Assembly: GCA_963820525.1 (NCBI GenBank)
Contig: CAWGAA010000001.1
Location: 2,294,203 to 2,358,202 of the forward strand
Length of the DNA stretch: 64,000 nt
Origin: an uncultured Spirochaetota bacterium
GTDB lineage: Bacteria; Spirochaetota; Spirochaetia; SZUA-6; Fen-1364
Direction of reading: 5' to 3'
The translations under genes were made by a program, and so were the position numbers. A model generated the notes under the pieces. That model was not told where the DNA came from. It was given only the letters and a program-made list of their open reading frames with translations, and did no database searches. Of this stretch, positions 1-9,695 are shown piece by piece. Numbering within the stretch: position 1 is the first letter of the stretch; each line of letters starts with the position of its first letter.

Positions 1-42
1 CGGCGCCGCCGCGGAGGCGATTAAAAACCTCACAGGCGCCCC

Positions 43-1365
43 TTACAGCTCGTCCATCTTCCGCCAGAGCTTTCGCGCTGCTTCACGAGCCGCCGCGGAG
101 ACGGCGGACTCATCCGAAGCGAGGCGGCGGCCCTCCATGACGATCTTTCCATTCACGATGACCGTGTCGACCTGGGAGCCTCCCATGCCGAAGACGGCAT
201 GGCCCGCCACGTTTGCGCTCTCAAGAGGGGTCGGCGGGAAGTAGTCGAGGATGACGAGGTCCGCCTTGTAGCCCCTTCGCACGCGGCCGAAGCTTTCCCC
301 GAAACACCGCCCCAGGATCTCATTGCCGTTCTGGAGGAAGCGCGCGAAGTCTCCCGGCTCGAGGACGCCCCCGGCGTCCCTGTTCTTGAAGTAGGCGAAG
401 GCAAGCTCCGCCAGCATGTCGGCCCCTATGCCGTCGGTCCCCAGCGCCACGTGCTTCAAATCGGAAAGCCGGGCGTTGTATCCCACGCGATTGTTCATGT
501 TTGACCGGCAGTTGTGTACCAGAAAGCCGTCCCGTCTGTTGAGAAGGTCCCTGTCCGCCGCGCTCAGGAAAACCCCATGGGCGATGAGGGATCGGTCCGT
601 CAAAAGGCCGTTCTCGTCGAGGCGGACCAGTGGGCCCTTGCCCGCGTAGCGATGGGAGAATGAAGGGTCGAACCCGTCCTCCGCCACATGCACGTGGAAG
701 CCGCGCCCGCTCTCCCGCACGAGGTCCCCCAGCGCGCGAAGCCCGTCGTCGCTCAAGGTAAAGGGGGCGTGCCCGCCGATCATTGCCTCAACCACCCGCT
801 CCCTGCCCTTGCTCCCCTTCTCCTCTTCAGCCAGTCGGGCGAAGCGCTTGTTCTCTTCGATCCCCTCCTCCATCCCCTGCCGTCCGTTCCTGTCCGTGGT
901 TTCGTAGCAGAGGACCCCTCTGAGTCCCACCTTCTCCAGGCAGCCCTTCAGGACGTCCAGGGAGCCGCTGATGAACGACGGCGAGGCATGGTGGTCGATG
1001 ACGGCGGTGCAGCCCGCCTTGAGCGCATCCGTTGCGGCAACCAGCGCGCTCGCCTCGAGGATCTCCTTGTCGATGGCGCGGTCCAGGCGCCACCAGAGGT
1101 TGGCCAGCGTGGAGACGAAATCATCGGACTGCGGGATCCGCGCCAGGATTCCCCGCGACAGGGCGGAATAGAAGTGGGCATGACCGCAGACAAGCCCCGG
1201 CATCACGACCCGCCCGCCGCAGTCGATGGCGCTGCTGGCGCGCACCCCGCTTGCAGCCCCGCGTCCCGTCGCGACGATCTCGGTTCCGTCGATGACGACG
1301 TCCATCCCGTTCTCGACCTCAGGGGGATGCAGGTGGACCAGGGTGGCGTTCTTCAGGGCTTTCAT
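43..1365 (-). CDS. ssnA: Putative aminohydrolase SsnA (amidohydrolase superfamily).
   Basis: 440 aa. Near-colinear with E. coli SsnA: MxxLKN..HP, RVVMPGLVCGHAHFYSALSRGI, STLANLWWRLDRA, HHASP metal ligands, NCRSNMNN, LGTDG. Lies directly downstream of ygfK, as in E. coli. Confidence 0.9.
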   Translation of the reverse strand: MKALKNATLVHLHPPEVENGMDVVIDGTEIVATGRGAASGVRASSAIDCGGRVVMPGLVCGHAHFYSALSRGILARIPQSDDFVSTLANLWWRLDRAIDKEILEASALVAATDALKAGCTAVIDHHASPSFISGSLDVLKGCLEKVGLRGVLCYETTDRNGRQGMEEGIEENKRFARLAEEEKGSKGRERVVEAMIGGHAPFTLSDDGLRALGDLVRESGRGFHVHVAEDGFDPSFSHRYAGKGPLVRLDENGLLTDRSLIAHGVFLSAADRDLLNRRDGFLVHNCRSNMNNRVGYNARLSDLKHVALGTDGIGADMLAELAFAYFKNRDAGGVLEPGDFARFLQNGNEILGRCFGESFGRVRRGYKADLVILDYFPPTPLESANVAGHAVFGMGGSQVDTVIVNGKIVMEGRRLASDESAVSAAAREAARKLWRKMDEL

Positions 1366-4300
1366 GTCGACCTCCCCAACAGGTACGGGTAATCCCGGAG
1401 GATGGCTCGAATCACGGCGCGGGTTGATGCGTCCCCGACAGCCTGCGGTATCTCGGAAGATCCGTCGAGTGGGAACTCCCAGACCTGGGCGCCCAGACGC
1501 ACCGCCGCAGCAGCGCCCCTGAGGAAGAAGCCGGGGTTGGTTCCGGCACTGAAGTCTTCCGCCGTTTCATAGAGAGTGAGCTTGTCCTTGTACGGCCGTC
1601 CGTCCCACGGGCAGAAGGTGGCGCAGTTGCCGCACTCGTTGCACGGACCGTCGAGGTGCACAACCTGATAGGCATCCCGGTGGCCGCCGGGGACGAGCAC
1701 CGCCGCGTTTGCCCGGTTAGGACAAACCTCCACGCACTTCAGGCACAGCGCGTCGCATCCCAGGCACCGGGAGGATTCCTCCCGGAGCACGCTCCCGTCG
1801 TCCGAGGTCCGCGGGGGGGCGGCGGCCACGCGGCCGCGCCTTGCGCGGAGCTCTCGGGGTCCTCCCGGGGGGCGAACTGGGGGAGGCTCCTGCTCCCCCC
1901 TTCCCTGATGCAGATTGCATCGGCGGCGCGCCGCGCCGATGCGATGGCCTTCACGATGGTATCGGCGCCGCAGGCCGCGTCCCCGATGAGGAATACTCCC
2001 TCGACCGGGGTCTCCTGGGTCACGGCATTCGCTTCCCGGTCTCCTCCGCTCAGGCCCAGGCCGGAAAGCGCGCGGGAATCCTGCCCCGCCCCAATGGCGG
2101 CGATGACGGAATCAGCGGGCAGGGTTTCCATGGCCTCGGTGGGGACGGGCTTTCTGCGGCCGCTTTCATCCGCCTCCCCGAGCGCCATGACGCGGCAAAC
2201 GAGCGACCCCCCTTGGGTGCGCTCCAGCGGGGAGCGAAGGAAATGAAAACGGATTCCTTCAGCCAGGGCGGCCTCGTACTCTTCGCGAGAAGCCGGCATC
2301 TCGTCCCGGGAACGGCGATAGACGACCCTCACCTCCTCCACCCCCGGGGATCGCTTCGCGGCCCTGGCCGCGTCCATGGCCGTGTCTCCGGCGCCGATCA
2401 CCGCCACGGCGCGGCCCAGCGAGAGCCGCCCGGCATCCTTGCGGTATTGGCGCAGGAAGGAGAGGGCATCGAGGGCTCCCTCGATCGGGAGGCTGCCGCC
2501 GGCTTCCGCCCCAACCGCGACGAGGATGTAGGAATACCCCCTCTTTTTCAGGGCGCCGATGGTCTGGGCCTGGCCCTGGCCGAAATGGAACTGGACGCCC
2601 ATGTCGTGGAGCAGAGAAACGTCCTTCTCCACGGCGTCGGCAGGTACCCGGAACCCGGGAAGGAGGTAGCGCACAACCCCACCGGGCTCCTCCTCCCGCT
2701 CGAAAACATGGATTTCGAAACCCTCCCGGGCAAGGAAGGAGGATGCCGCAAGTCCCGCCGGGCCGGCGCCGACCACGGCGACTTTCACCCTTCCGAGGGC
2801 GGTCCCCACGGCCCGCGGCGCGGCCATTCGTTTTGAAAGCGATCCGCTCTGCCTGAAATCGGCATAGCCCCTCTCCGCCGAAATCCTCTTCATCTCCCTG
2901 ATCCTCACGGGCTGGTCCCAATCCAGGCGCGTGCAGTTTGCCTCGCACTGATGGTCGCACAGATATCCGGTGATGAAGGGAAGGGGGTTTCTCTCATGGA
3001 TCACGGCGAACGCCTTCGGGAATCGCTCCAGCCCCGCCTGGTGGATATAGAGGGGAACCTCCTGGCCGATGGGACAGGCCGTCACGCAGGGAGCGACGAA
3101 ACAGTCGAAAAGCGGGAGAAGCCCATCGGCATGGACGCGAGCTTTTCCCCGGAACTCCTTTTGAAACTGCGGGGCGGAAAGCGCCGCCTCGGCCGCTGTG
3201 CGCGCTTTCTCGGAGTCGACGCGGCCGGCGAGGGGCTCCCCTGCATCAGGCTCGCCCTGCCGATCGGCGGCATGCCGCGCCGCGATGTCGGCGAGCTGAT
3301 TCAGCCTGCCATAGCCTCCCGGCTTCAAAAGCTCCGTGGCCACGGTCACGGGGCGGATCCCGGCGTCCAGGATTGCGGCCAGGTTCCATGCCGAAGCCCC
3401 GCCGGAGAAGGAGATGGGAAGAGCGCCGGCGAAATCCTCCGACAGCTTCGCCGCCAGGCTCATGGTTATGGGGTACAGCGCGCGGCCCGACATGTACATC
3501 TCGGCGCCGGGAAGCGCTGCCCCGGTATTGCGCACGGCCAGCGTGTTGGAGAGCTTCACCCCGAAGCGCCTCCCCTCCCTGGCAGCAAGCTCGGCCAGCC
3601 GCCGGAGCATGGGAAGCGCCTCCGCGTAGTGCAGGTCCCTGCCGAACCCCTCCTCGTCCAGCTCCACGTCGGTGAAGCCGGTCCGGCCGAGCATTTCCTT
3701 GACCGTCTGGTATCCGAGGAGAGTCGGATTGAGCTTCACCAGGGTGTCCAGCTTCTTTTCCACCAGGAGGTGTGAGCAGATCGACTCGATCTGGGCCGGC
3801 GGGCAGCCGTGCATGGTGGAGAGGGTCGCGGAGGCGCAGATCTTGGGGGAAATATCGATGGGCCAGGCGATGACTTTCACCCCGAGGGAGCGATCCGCGG
3901 CGAGCCGCGACGTCTCTTCGATGTAGCGGTGGTACAGGGGCTCGGCGTAGGAGTCGATGAGCCGATTGATGAAGAGGTCCACCTTCTGCGACGTGATGCC
4001 CGCAAGGTCGTAGCCGACGCTCATCGTGAAGCGGATGGGAGGCGCGCCCGAGGAGGCTGCCTTCACCCTTTCCCGGCCGGCCGCCTGGCAGGCGGCGGCC
4101 ACAAGCCTCTCCAAAACATGCAGCAGGAACCATGCCTTGAGGTATTCGTCGTAGGCCTGCGGGAGGGTGAGCTCGGTGGACCATTCGACATTGTAGCCTT
4201 CATCCGAGGCGTCGATGCAGGGTTTTGAAACGGTAAGCTCGTCGAGGGCCTGGACAGTCTTGAGCTCGAAATAGCGGCCACCCGCCAGCCAGGCGCAGAG

Positions 4301-4501
4301 GATGTTCTGGGCCAGCTGCGTATGGGGACCGGCCGCGGGCCCGAGGATGGGCAGCCCTGCCCGGGGATGGACGAAGAGCTCCCGGGGAAGCTCGAATATC
4401 GTCCCATGGCGGCGATATTCGCCGAGGGCTCGAATCAGAAGCTCGCTGTAGGGAAGCTGACGCATCGCGCCGCTCAATGCCTTTCTCCCGGTCCCCGTCA
4501 T
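1362..4501 (-). CDS. ygfK: YgfK-like putative selenate reductase subunit, split by a +/-1 frameshift. Reads as ORF 1739..4501 (920 aa, glutamate-synthase small-chain-like flavoprotein) plus ORF 1362..1829 (C-terminal 2x[4Fe-4S] ferredoxin domain).
   Basis: N-terminus (MR.LPYSELL.R...Y) through LSTMHGCPP, GAGPAGLAA and GAGNTAMD matches E. coli YgfK end to end. The last ~110 aa (CLGC..C.KCVEVCPNRAN...CNECGNCATFCPW) continue in another frame. The two frames overlap at a CCCCCCC (+strand G7) run at 1812..1818; adding one base rejoins them. Confidence 0.85.
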
Positions 4502-4580
4502 GATACGGTGAGCGGCATCGATTGTAAAGCAAGGCTTCTCTCGCGCACGAATGACGAGCTCACCTTGACAGCGGGGGCCG

Positions 4581-4594
4581 CCGCTGTTTCCATG
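4581..4594. promoter_or_regulatory. Perfect 14-bp palindrome GTTTCCATGGAAAC in the divergent ygfK / TrpB-like intergenic region.
   Basis: Read directly. Sits 6 nt upstream of the 4600 start codon, ~90 nt upstream of the ygfK start, and 13 nt downstream of a TTGACA at 4563..4568. Confidence 0.35.
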
Positions 4595-4599
4595 GAAAC

Positions 4600-6066
4600 A
4601 TGATCAACCTCGAGGTGGATGCCGCGGCGCGCGCGCGCAATATCGCAAGGTGCAGGGAGCGGGGGGTCATCCTTCCCACCTTTGCCCAGATGCGAGACCC
4701 CGCGCTGATCCCCGCAGGGGTGAAGGGGCGCCTGAAAAAGGTCGGTTTGTGGGACCTGGACCCCGGAAACCTCTTTCGCATCTCCTGGCACAACCAGCCC
4801 ATTCCCAGCGGAGGTCTGTTCGGGGCTGTAAACCGAATCGAGTTTCCCCGCGAGCTTACGGGAGTTTCGGCCCGCATCATCGCCCTTGTCGGCAAGTGGT
4901 TTCCCACGGGTGCGCACAAGGTGGGAGCCACCTACGGCTGCCTGGCTCCGGCCCTGGTCACGGGACGATTCGATTCGACCAGGCAGAAGGCTGTCTGGCC
5001 GTCGACGGGGAACTACTGCAGGGGCGGCGCCTTCAACTCGGCCCTCCTGGGGTGCACCTCGATCGCCATCCTCCCCGAGGGGATGAGCAGGGAGCGCTTC
5101 CAGTGGCTTTCCGGCATCGCGGGCGAGGTGATCACGACTCCGGGTGGAGAGAGCAACGTGAAGGAGATCTTCGATGCGTGCCGCGAGCTTTCCCGCAAAC
5201 GCGGGGACGACATCGTGATCTTCAACCAGTTCGAGGAGCCCGGTAACTATCTCTGGCACCACGAGGTAACGGGAGAAGCCCTTGTCTCGCTCGCCTCGGA
5301 GGAGCTGGATAGAGGGGGCGAGCTTCGCGCCTTCATCTCGTCCACGGGCTCGGCAGGCACGATCGCGGCGGGAGATCGCCTCAAGGAGGCGTTCCCGGCG
5401 GTGAAGATCGCCGCTGCCGAGGCCCTCCAGTGCCCCACTCTCCTTTCCAATGGCTTTGGCGCCCATCGCATCGAGGGAATCGGGGACAAGCACGTCCCCT
5501 GGATCCACAACGTGAGGAATACGGACGTCGTGATCGCCGTGGACGATGAGGACTGCATGCGCTGCCTGCGCCTGTTCAACGAGCCGGAGGGACGGAGGCT
5601 CCTCGAGGAGTCCGGCGTGCCCCGGGCTCTCATCGACTCTCTCCCCCTTCTGGGGATTTCAGGCATCGCAAACCTCCTGGCATCGGTGAAGCTCGCCCTC
5701 CACTTCGAGATGGATGAGCGGGAAATCGTTCTCACGGTGCTTACCGATTCGATGGAGCTGTACGGCTCGCGGCTCGGGGAGCTTGAACGCCAGAAGGGCC
5801 CATTCGGTCGGGACGAGGCCGTGCGTGCCCACGCGATTTCACTCTCCGGCCAGCGGGCCGACAACGTGCTCGAGCTTGACTGGCGCGAGCGAAAGCGCGT
5901 GCATAATTTGAAATACTACACGTGGGTGGAGCAGCAGGGAAAGAGCGCCGTAGAGCTCGCCGATCAATGGTCCAGCCGGGAATACTGGAAGGGGATTCAA
6001 CTGCAAGCGGCCCGGATCGACGGGCTCATCGAAGAGTTCAACCGCGAGGCGGGAGTCTCCGGGTGA
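4600..6066 (+). CDS. Fold-type II PLP-dependent enzyme, tryptophan-synthase-beta-like, with a ~100-aa C-terminal extension.
   Basis: 488 aa. PTGAHKVGATYG resembles the TrpB HTG(S/A)HKINN PLP-lysine motif. Gly-rich SSTGSAGT loop. Stop overlaps the next start (gGTGa). Confidence 0.55.
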   Translation: MINLEVDAAARARNIARCRERGVILPTFAQMRDPALIPAGVKGRLKKVGLWDLDPGNLFRISWHNQPIPSGGLFGAVNRIEFPRELTGVSARIIALVGKWFPTGAHKVGATYGCLAPALVTGRFDSTRQKAVWPSTGNYCRGGAFNSALLGCTSIAILPEGMSRERFQWLSGIAGEVITTPGGESNVKEIFDACRELSRKRGDDIVIFNQFEEPGNYLWHHEVTGEALVSLASEELDRGGELRAFISSTGSAGTIAAGDRLKEAFPAVKIAAAEALQCPTLLSNGFGAHRIEGIGDKHVPWIHNVRNTDVVIAVDDEDCMRCLRLFNEPEGRRLLEESGVPRALIDSLPLLGISGIANLLASVKLALHFEMDEREIVLTVLTDSMELYGSRLGELERQKGPFGRDEAVRAHAISLSGQRADNVLELDWRERKRVHNLKYYTWVEQQGKSAVELADQWSSREYWKGIQLQAARIDGLIEEFNREAGVSG

Positions 6067-7301
6067 GCGTCGGATACGCATGCGTGAGCTGCGGCCGCAC
6101 CTATCAGACCGACGAGGTCATCTACCTGTGCCCGGCGTGCAGCGCTGAGAAGGCGGCGGCCGGAGGCGGGTTTCAAAAGGGGATCCTCATAACGACCTTC
6201 CAGCCCCGGGAGAGCTTCAGGCCGGGCCTCCCCATGGACCCGAAGCTGTTCCTGCCGCTCGCCGCGGAAAACGCCGCGTTCAGCGCCGGAAACACCCCCC
6301 TGGTCGAGCCCCATGCCCTGCGCCGAAAGACGGGCTTCCCGCGGCTCTTTTTCAAGAACGAAGCGCTCAACCCCTCCGGATCGCTCAAGGACAGGGCTTC
6401 GATGCTCGTCGTCGAGCAGGCGAGGCTCCACGGGGAGAAGCGGATCGCCCTTGCATCCACCGGGAACGCCGGAGCTTCAATGGCCTGCGCGGGGGCAGCC
6501 TGCGGCCTCCAGGTCGTCCTCTTCGTTCCGGCCGCGGCGCCGCGCGCCAAGCTCCTTCAGGCGCTTCTCTTCGGGGCCAAGGTTGTCCCCATTGCGGGGC
6601 CCTACGACGAGGCGTTCCGCCTTTCCATCGAATACACGACGCGCCATGGGGGGATCAACCGCAACACGGGCTTCAACCCGTTCACGATCGAGGGCAAGAA
6701 AACGGTCTCGATCGAGATCTTCAATCAATTGGACTGCATGGTACCCGATGCCGTGTACGTTCCCACGGGAGACGGGGTCATTCTCGGCGGCGTATGGAAG
6801 GGGTTTTCGGACCTCGTTACGGCAGGCCTGGCCGAGAAGATGCCTGCCCTGATTTCGGTTCAGGTGGATGGCAGCAATGCCATCGCCCGCAGCTGGCGGG
6901 AGGGGCGCCAGGTGGCACTTGAGCGCGCATCGACCATCGCAGACTCCCTTGCGGTGGCCTCCCCCGTCAACGGCGAGATGGCCCTCCAGTGCCTGGCGAA
7001 GACGGGCGGCAGGGCCGTCGAAGTGAGCGATGAAGAGACGAGCCGCGCCCAGGCCGAGCTGTGCAAAGAGAGCGGTCTTTTCGTGGAGCCTTCGTCGGCG
7101 GCGGCGTGGGCGGGGTTCAGGAAGGACATTCCGAATCTTGATCCGGGCTCCCGCGTCGTGGTCCTCCTCACGGGAACGGGTTTCAAGGACATCGCCGCGG
7201 CGGAAAAGCTCGTGAGCCTTCCCGACGCCTGTGCCCCGGATCTCGATAGCGCCCTTCGCCTGCTGGAGAGCTCCTATGGGATCAAAAGCGGAGAGCCGTA
7301 G
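6063..7301 (+). CDS. Threonine synthase family PLP enzyme with N-terminal CxxC...CxxC zinc ribbon.
   Basis: GTG start at 6063 (VSVGYACVSCG..LCPACS) overlaps the previous stop; the longer 5922 ORF is rejected. NPSGSLKDR PLP-lysine motif is as in B. subtilis-type ThrC. TGNAGAS loop. Confidence 0.7.
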   Translation: MSVGYACVSCGRTYQTDEVIYLCPACSAEKAAAGGGFQKGILITTFQPRESFRPGLPMDPKLFLPLAAENAAFSAGNTPLVEPHALRRKTGFPRLFFKNEALNPSGSLKDRASMLVVEQARLHGEKRIALASTGNAGASMACAGAACGLQVVLFVPAAAPRAKLLQALLFGAKVVPIAGPYDEAFRLSIEYTTRHGGINRNTGFNPFTIEGKKTVSIEIFNQLDCMVPDAVYVPTGDGVILGGVWKGFSDLVTAGLAEKMPALISVQVDGSNAIARSWREGRQVALERASTIADSLAVASPVNGEMALQCLAKTGGRAVEVSDEETSRAQAELCKESGLFVEPSSAAAWAGFRKDIPNLDPGSRVVVLLTGTGFKDIAAAEKLVSLPDACAPDLDSALRLLESSYGIKSGEP

Positions 7302-8445
7302 CGGCTGTCGCGCTCCGCCTGTCCATCCCGAGCTTCCGGCAGACGGCATCCCCCGTCTTCTCCGCCATGAGCCGGAAGGTGGTGAGCTTGCCGCCCACGA
7401 TGGTCACCATGCCCTCAACCCCATCGCTTTCGGCGTGATCGATCACGGTGAAATCCCTGCTCAGCCGCCGCGGATCGGGATCGGCGCCGAGGCTCGCCCT
7501 GCCCCGGGGGTCGTAGAGGGGACGGACGGCGGACCAGCTGTGAACCACCCTCGCCTCCTCGAGGCCGGGAAGGAGGGCGCCGATCCGCTTGCGCATGAGA
7601 TCCAGCTCCCACTCTCCCACCTGCCTGTCTTCGGGGTCACTCGTGGCAACGGTTGTCGTTCCCGCGATGCTGTGCCGCCCCCGCGGGAGGATGACGTCTC
7701 CATCGTCGGGAGGCTGGAGCGTGTTGAGCACGCTGCCCACCAGGCGGCCTTCGAAGGCCACCATGGCGCCCCGCGCGAGGTCCAGCCGGAGGCTTGCTCC
7801 TGCCATGGCGGCCACCTCGCCGCTCCAGGGCCCGGCCGCGTTCACGACGAGCCGGCATGAGAGTCGGCGGATTTCCCCCGAGCGCACATCAGAGAGGCGG
7901 GCTTCGGCGACCCCATCCTCCGCGGAAGAAAGGCTGTCCAGACGGTGGAAGGTGAGAAACCGTGCGCCCAATGATTCCGCGTTCTTTCGAAGAAGCCCGC
8001 AGAGGCGCAGGGAATGGCATACGGCGTCGGGAACCTCGAAAGCGCGCCTGACTGCGCGCGCCAGGCCGGGCTCCCGCTTGAAGGCTTCCCCGACGGACAG
8101 CTCCCCCACCGTGATTTCAGCTCGCTTGCATGCCGCCAGCCACTCCTCGACGAACGACTCCGGCCCCGTGGGCAGGAGAACGAAGAGCCCCCCCGTATCG
8201 TCGATTGCCTGAGGCGCAAGCCGCTTGAGAAGCGCATTCTCCCGAAAGCATTCTCCGGCCGTGACGGGATCGGACACCGCGTAGCGCGCTCCCGAGTGCA
8301 GAAGACCATGATAGCGCCCGCTGGTCCCGCCCCCGATGTCACCCCTTTCAACGAGGGTGACGGCGAACCCGCGCAGCGCGAGGTCCCACGCCACCCCGCA
8401 GCCGGTGACGCCTCCTCCGATTACCAGCACCTCAGGTTCCATCAA
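7282..8445 (-). CDS. FAD-dependent oxidoreductase, GlpA/GlpD (glycerol-3-phosphate dehydrogenase) N-terminal family, short form.
   Basis: 387 aa. VLVIGGGVTGCGVAWDLALRG...RYHGLLHSGARYAV closely matches the GlpA N-terminus but lacks the C-terminal half. Confidence 0.65.
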   Translation of the reverse strand: MMEPEVLVIGGGVTGCGVAWDLALRGFAVTLVERGDIGGGTSGRYHGLLHSGARYAVSDPVTAGECFRENALLKRLAPQAIDDTGGLFVLLPTGPESFVEEWLAACKRAEITVGELSVGEAFKREPGLARAVRRAFEVPDAVCHSLRLCGLLRKNAESLGARFLTFHRLDSLSSAEDGVAEARLSDVRSGEIRRLSCRLVVNAAGPWSGEVAAMAGASLRLDLARGAMVAFEGRLVGSVLNTLQPPDDGDVILPRGRHSIAGTTTVATSDPEDRQVGEWELDLMRKRIGALLPGLEEARVVHSWSAVRPLYDPRGRASLGADPDPRRLSRDFTVIDHAESDGVEGMVTIVGGKLTTFRLMAEKTGDAVCRKLGMDRRSATAATALRF

Positions 8446-8536
8446 TCCAAAATACAGTCATCGGGCCCGCCGTGACGAGCGAGATGAGTCAATAGCGGGA
8501 TGTTTGGCTGGGATTCATGAGCGGCAATTACGTTCT

Positions 8537-8562
8537 CTATGTTCAGTATATACAAAACATAG
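8537..8562. promoter_or_regulatory. Inverted repeat CTATGTT-N12-AACATAG in an AT-rich divergent promoter region. Candidate operator.
   Basis: Perfect 7-bp arms. Sits ~35 nt upstream of the GbsR/MarR-like gene start (8595), which has AGGAGG at 8583..8588. Confidence 0.4.
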
Positions 8563-8594
8563 AAAACCTGTTATGAGATTACAGGAGGCCTTGC

Positions 8595-9062
8595 ATGCCG
8601 GACGATGCAAAACAGCTCTTCGTCGAGAAAGCCGGTCTGCACTTCATGCAGCTCGGCATGCCCCGGATGGCGGGCCGGATTTTCGGCTGGCTTCTCATAT
8701 CGGACTCCCCGACGGCCACTATGGGGGAGCTTGTGAAGGCATTGAAGGCCAGCAAGGGCTCCATCAGCAGCATGACCCGGCTCCTGATTCGGATGCAGCT
8801 GATAGAGCTCGCCAGCAGGGCGGGAGAGCGGCGCGATTTCTACGGGATCAGGGAGGATGCCTGGGTCAACGCGCTCTCCGCCCGCGTCGAGCAGGCGCGC
8901 GATTTCAGAAAGCTGGCCGAACGCGGGCTTGAGGCACTGGCAGAAGAGCCGCCGTCTCGGCGCGAGCGGCTGAAGGAGATGCTGGGGGTCTTCTCTTTCC
9001 TGGAGCGCGAGCTTCCCCTGCTGACCGAGGACTGGAAGCGGGAGCGCGGTGCTCATATGTGA
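8595..9062 (+). CDS. GbsR/MarR-type winged-helix transcriptional regulator.
   Basis: 155 aa. GRIFGWLL...MGELVKALKASKGSISSMTRLL matches the GbsR/OpcR-like HTH. Strong SD. Confidence 0.65.
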   Translation: MPDDAKQLFVEKAGLHFMQLGMPRMAGRIFGWLLISDSPTATMGELVKALKASKGSISSMTRLLIRMQLIELASRAGERRDFYGIREDAWVNALSARVEQARDFRKLAERGLEALAEEPPSRRERLKEMLGVFSFLERELPLLTEDWKRERGAHM

Positions 9063-9216
9063 CGGGCCATCGGCGCTCAATTTACTTGACGCTCAGGCTC
9101 CCGCCGAGGCATTTTCCACTCAATGGGTTTCGCGTGCGTCATTGCGGCAACCGGGACGGAGAAACGCCTGAAACTCAAAAACAGCACCTCTACAAGGAGA
9201 TTGTAGATGGAAGAAA

Positions 9217-9648
9217 GTGCCTATAAAGAGAGATGGAGAACAAATTCAAGAGGTAGCGCTCGTGAATCAACAGAAACAGAGGATCTCCGTCCTCATCGTC
9301 GACGACCATAAAATAGTTCGCGAAGGCCTCGCCGGTCTCTTGAAGCTCGAGCATGACATCGAAGTGGTTGGAGAGGCTCCGGACGGCCCGCAGGCAATCG
9401 AGCTCGCCCAGAAGCTCAAGCCTGACGTCGTGATAATGGACATCAACATGCCCGGCATGAACGGGATCGAGACCACGAAGATCCTCACCTCAAGGATACC
9501 GGGGATAAAGATCATCGGCCTTTCCGTTCACTTCGAGATCGACATCGCCTCCGCGATGAAGGAAGCCGGCGCCATCGCCTACGTGACCAAGGGAGGCGCA
9601 TCGGAAGACCTTCTTTCCGTCATTCGAAGCTGTCACAAACAGCAATAA
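9217..9648 (+). CDS. Stand-alone response-regulator receiver (REC) domain protein, NarL/FixJ-type, with no output domain.
   Basis: ISVLIVDDHKIVREGL...PDVVIMDINMPGMNGIE...IKIIGLS. Likely start is GTG at ~9262 with AGAGG 8 nt upstream. Confidence 0.75.
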   Translation: MPIKRDGEQIQEVALVNQQKQRISVLIVDDHKIVREGLAGLLKLEHDIEVVGEAPDGPQAIELAQKLKPDVVIMDINMPGMNGIETTKILTSRIPGIKIIGLSVHFEIDIASAMKEAGAIAYVTKGGASEDLLSVIRSCHKQQ

Positions 9649-9695
9649 GGCTGCACGGCAGACCCGAAAGCGGCCCAGCCCGCCCATGAATCACC

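Noticed and set aside
688-4228. Numerous 60-330-aa ORFs on the + strand and in alternate frames overlapping ssnA/ygfK (for example 688..1392, 1841..2836, 2951..3775).
   Set aside because: They are antisense or alternate-frame to strongly homologous genes. Their Arg/Pro/Gly-rich, low-complexity translations are typical of high-GC artefacts.
5922-6062. 5' extension of the threonine-synthase-family ORF back to 5922.
   Set aside because: It overlaps the upstream gene and its translation is Arg-rich nonsense. The GTG at 6063 begins the conserved CxxC zinc ribbon and is coupled to the upstream stop.
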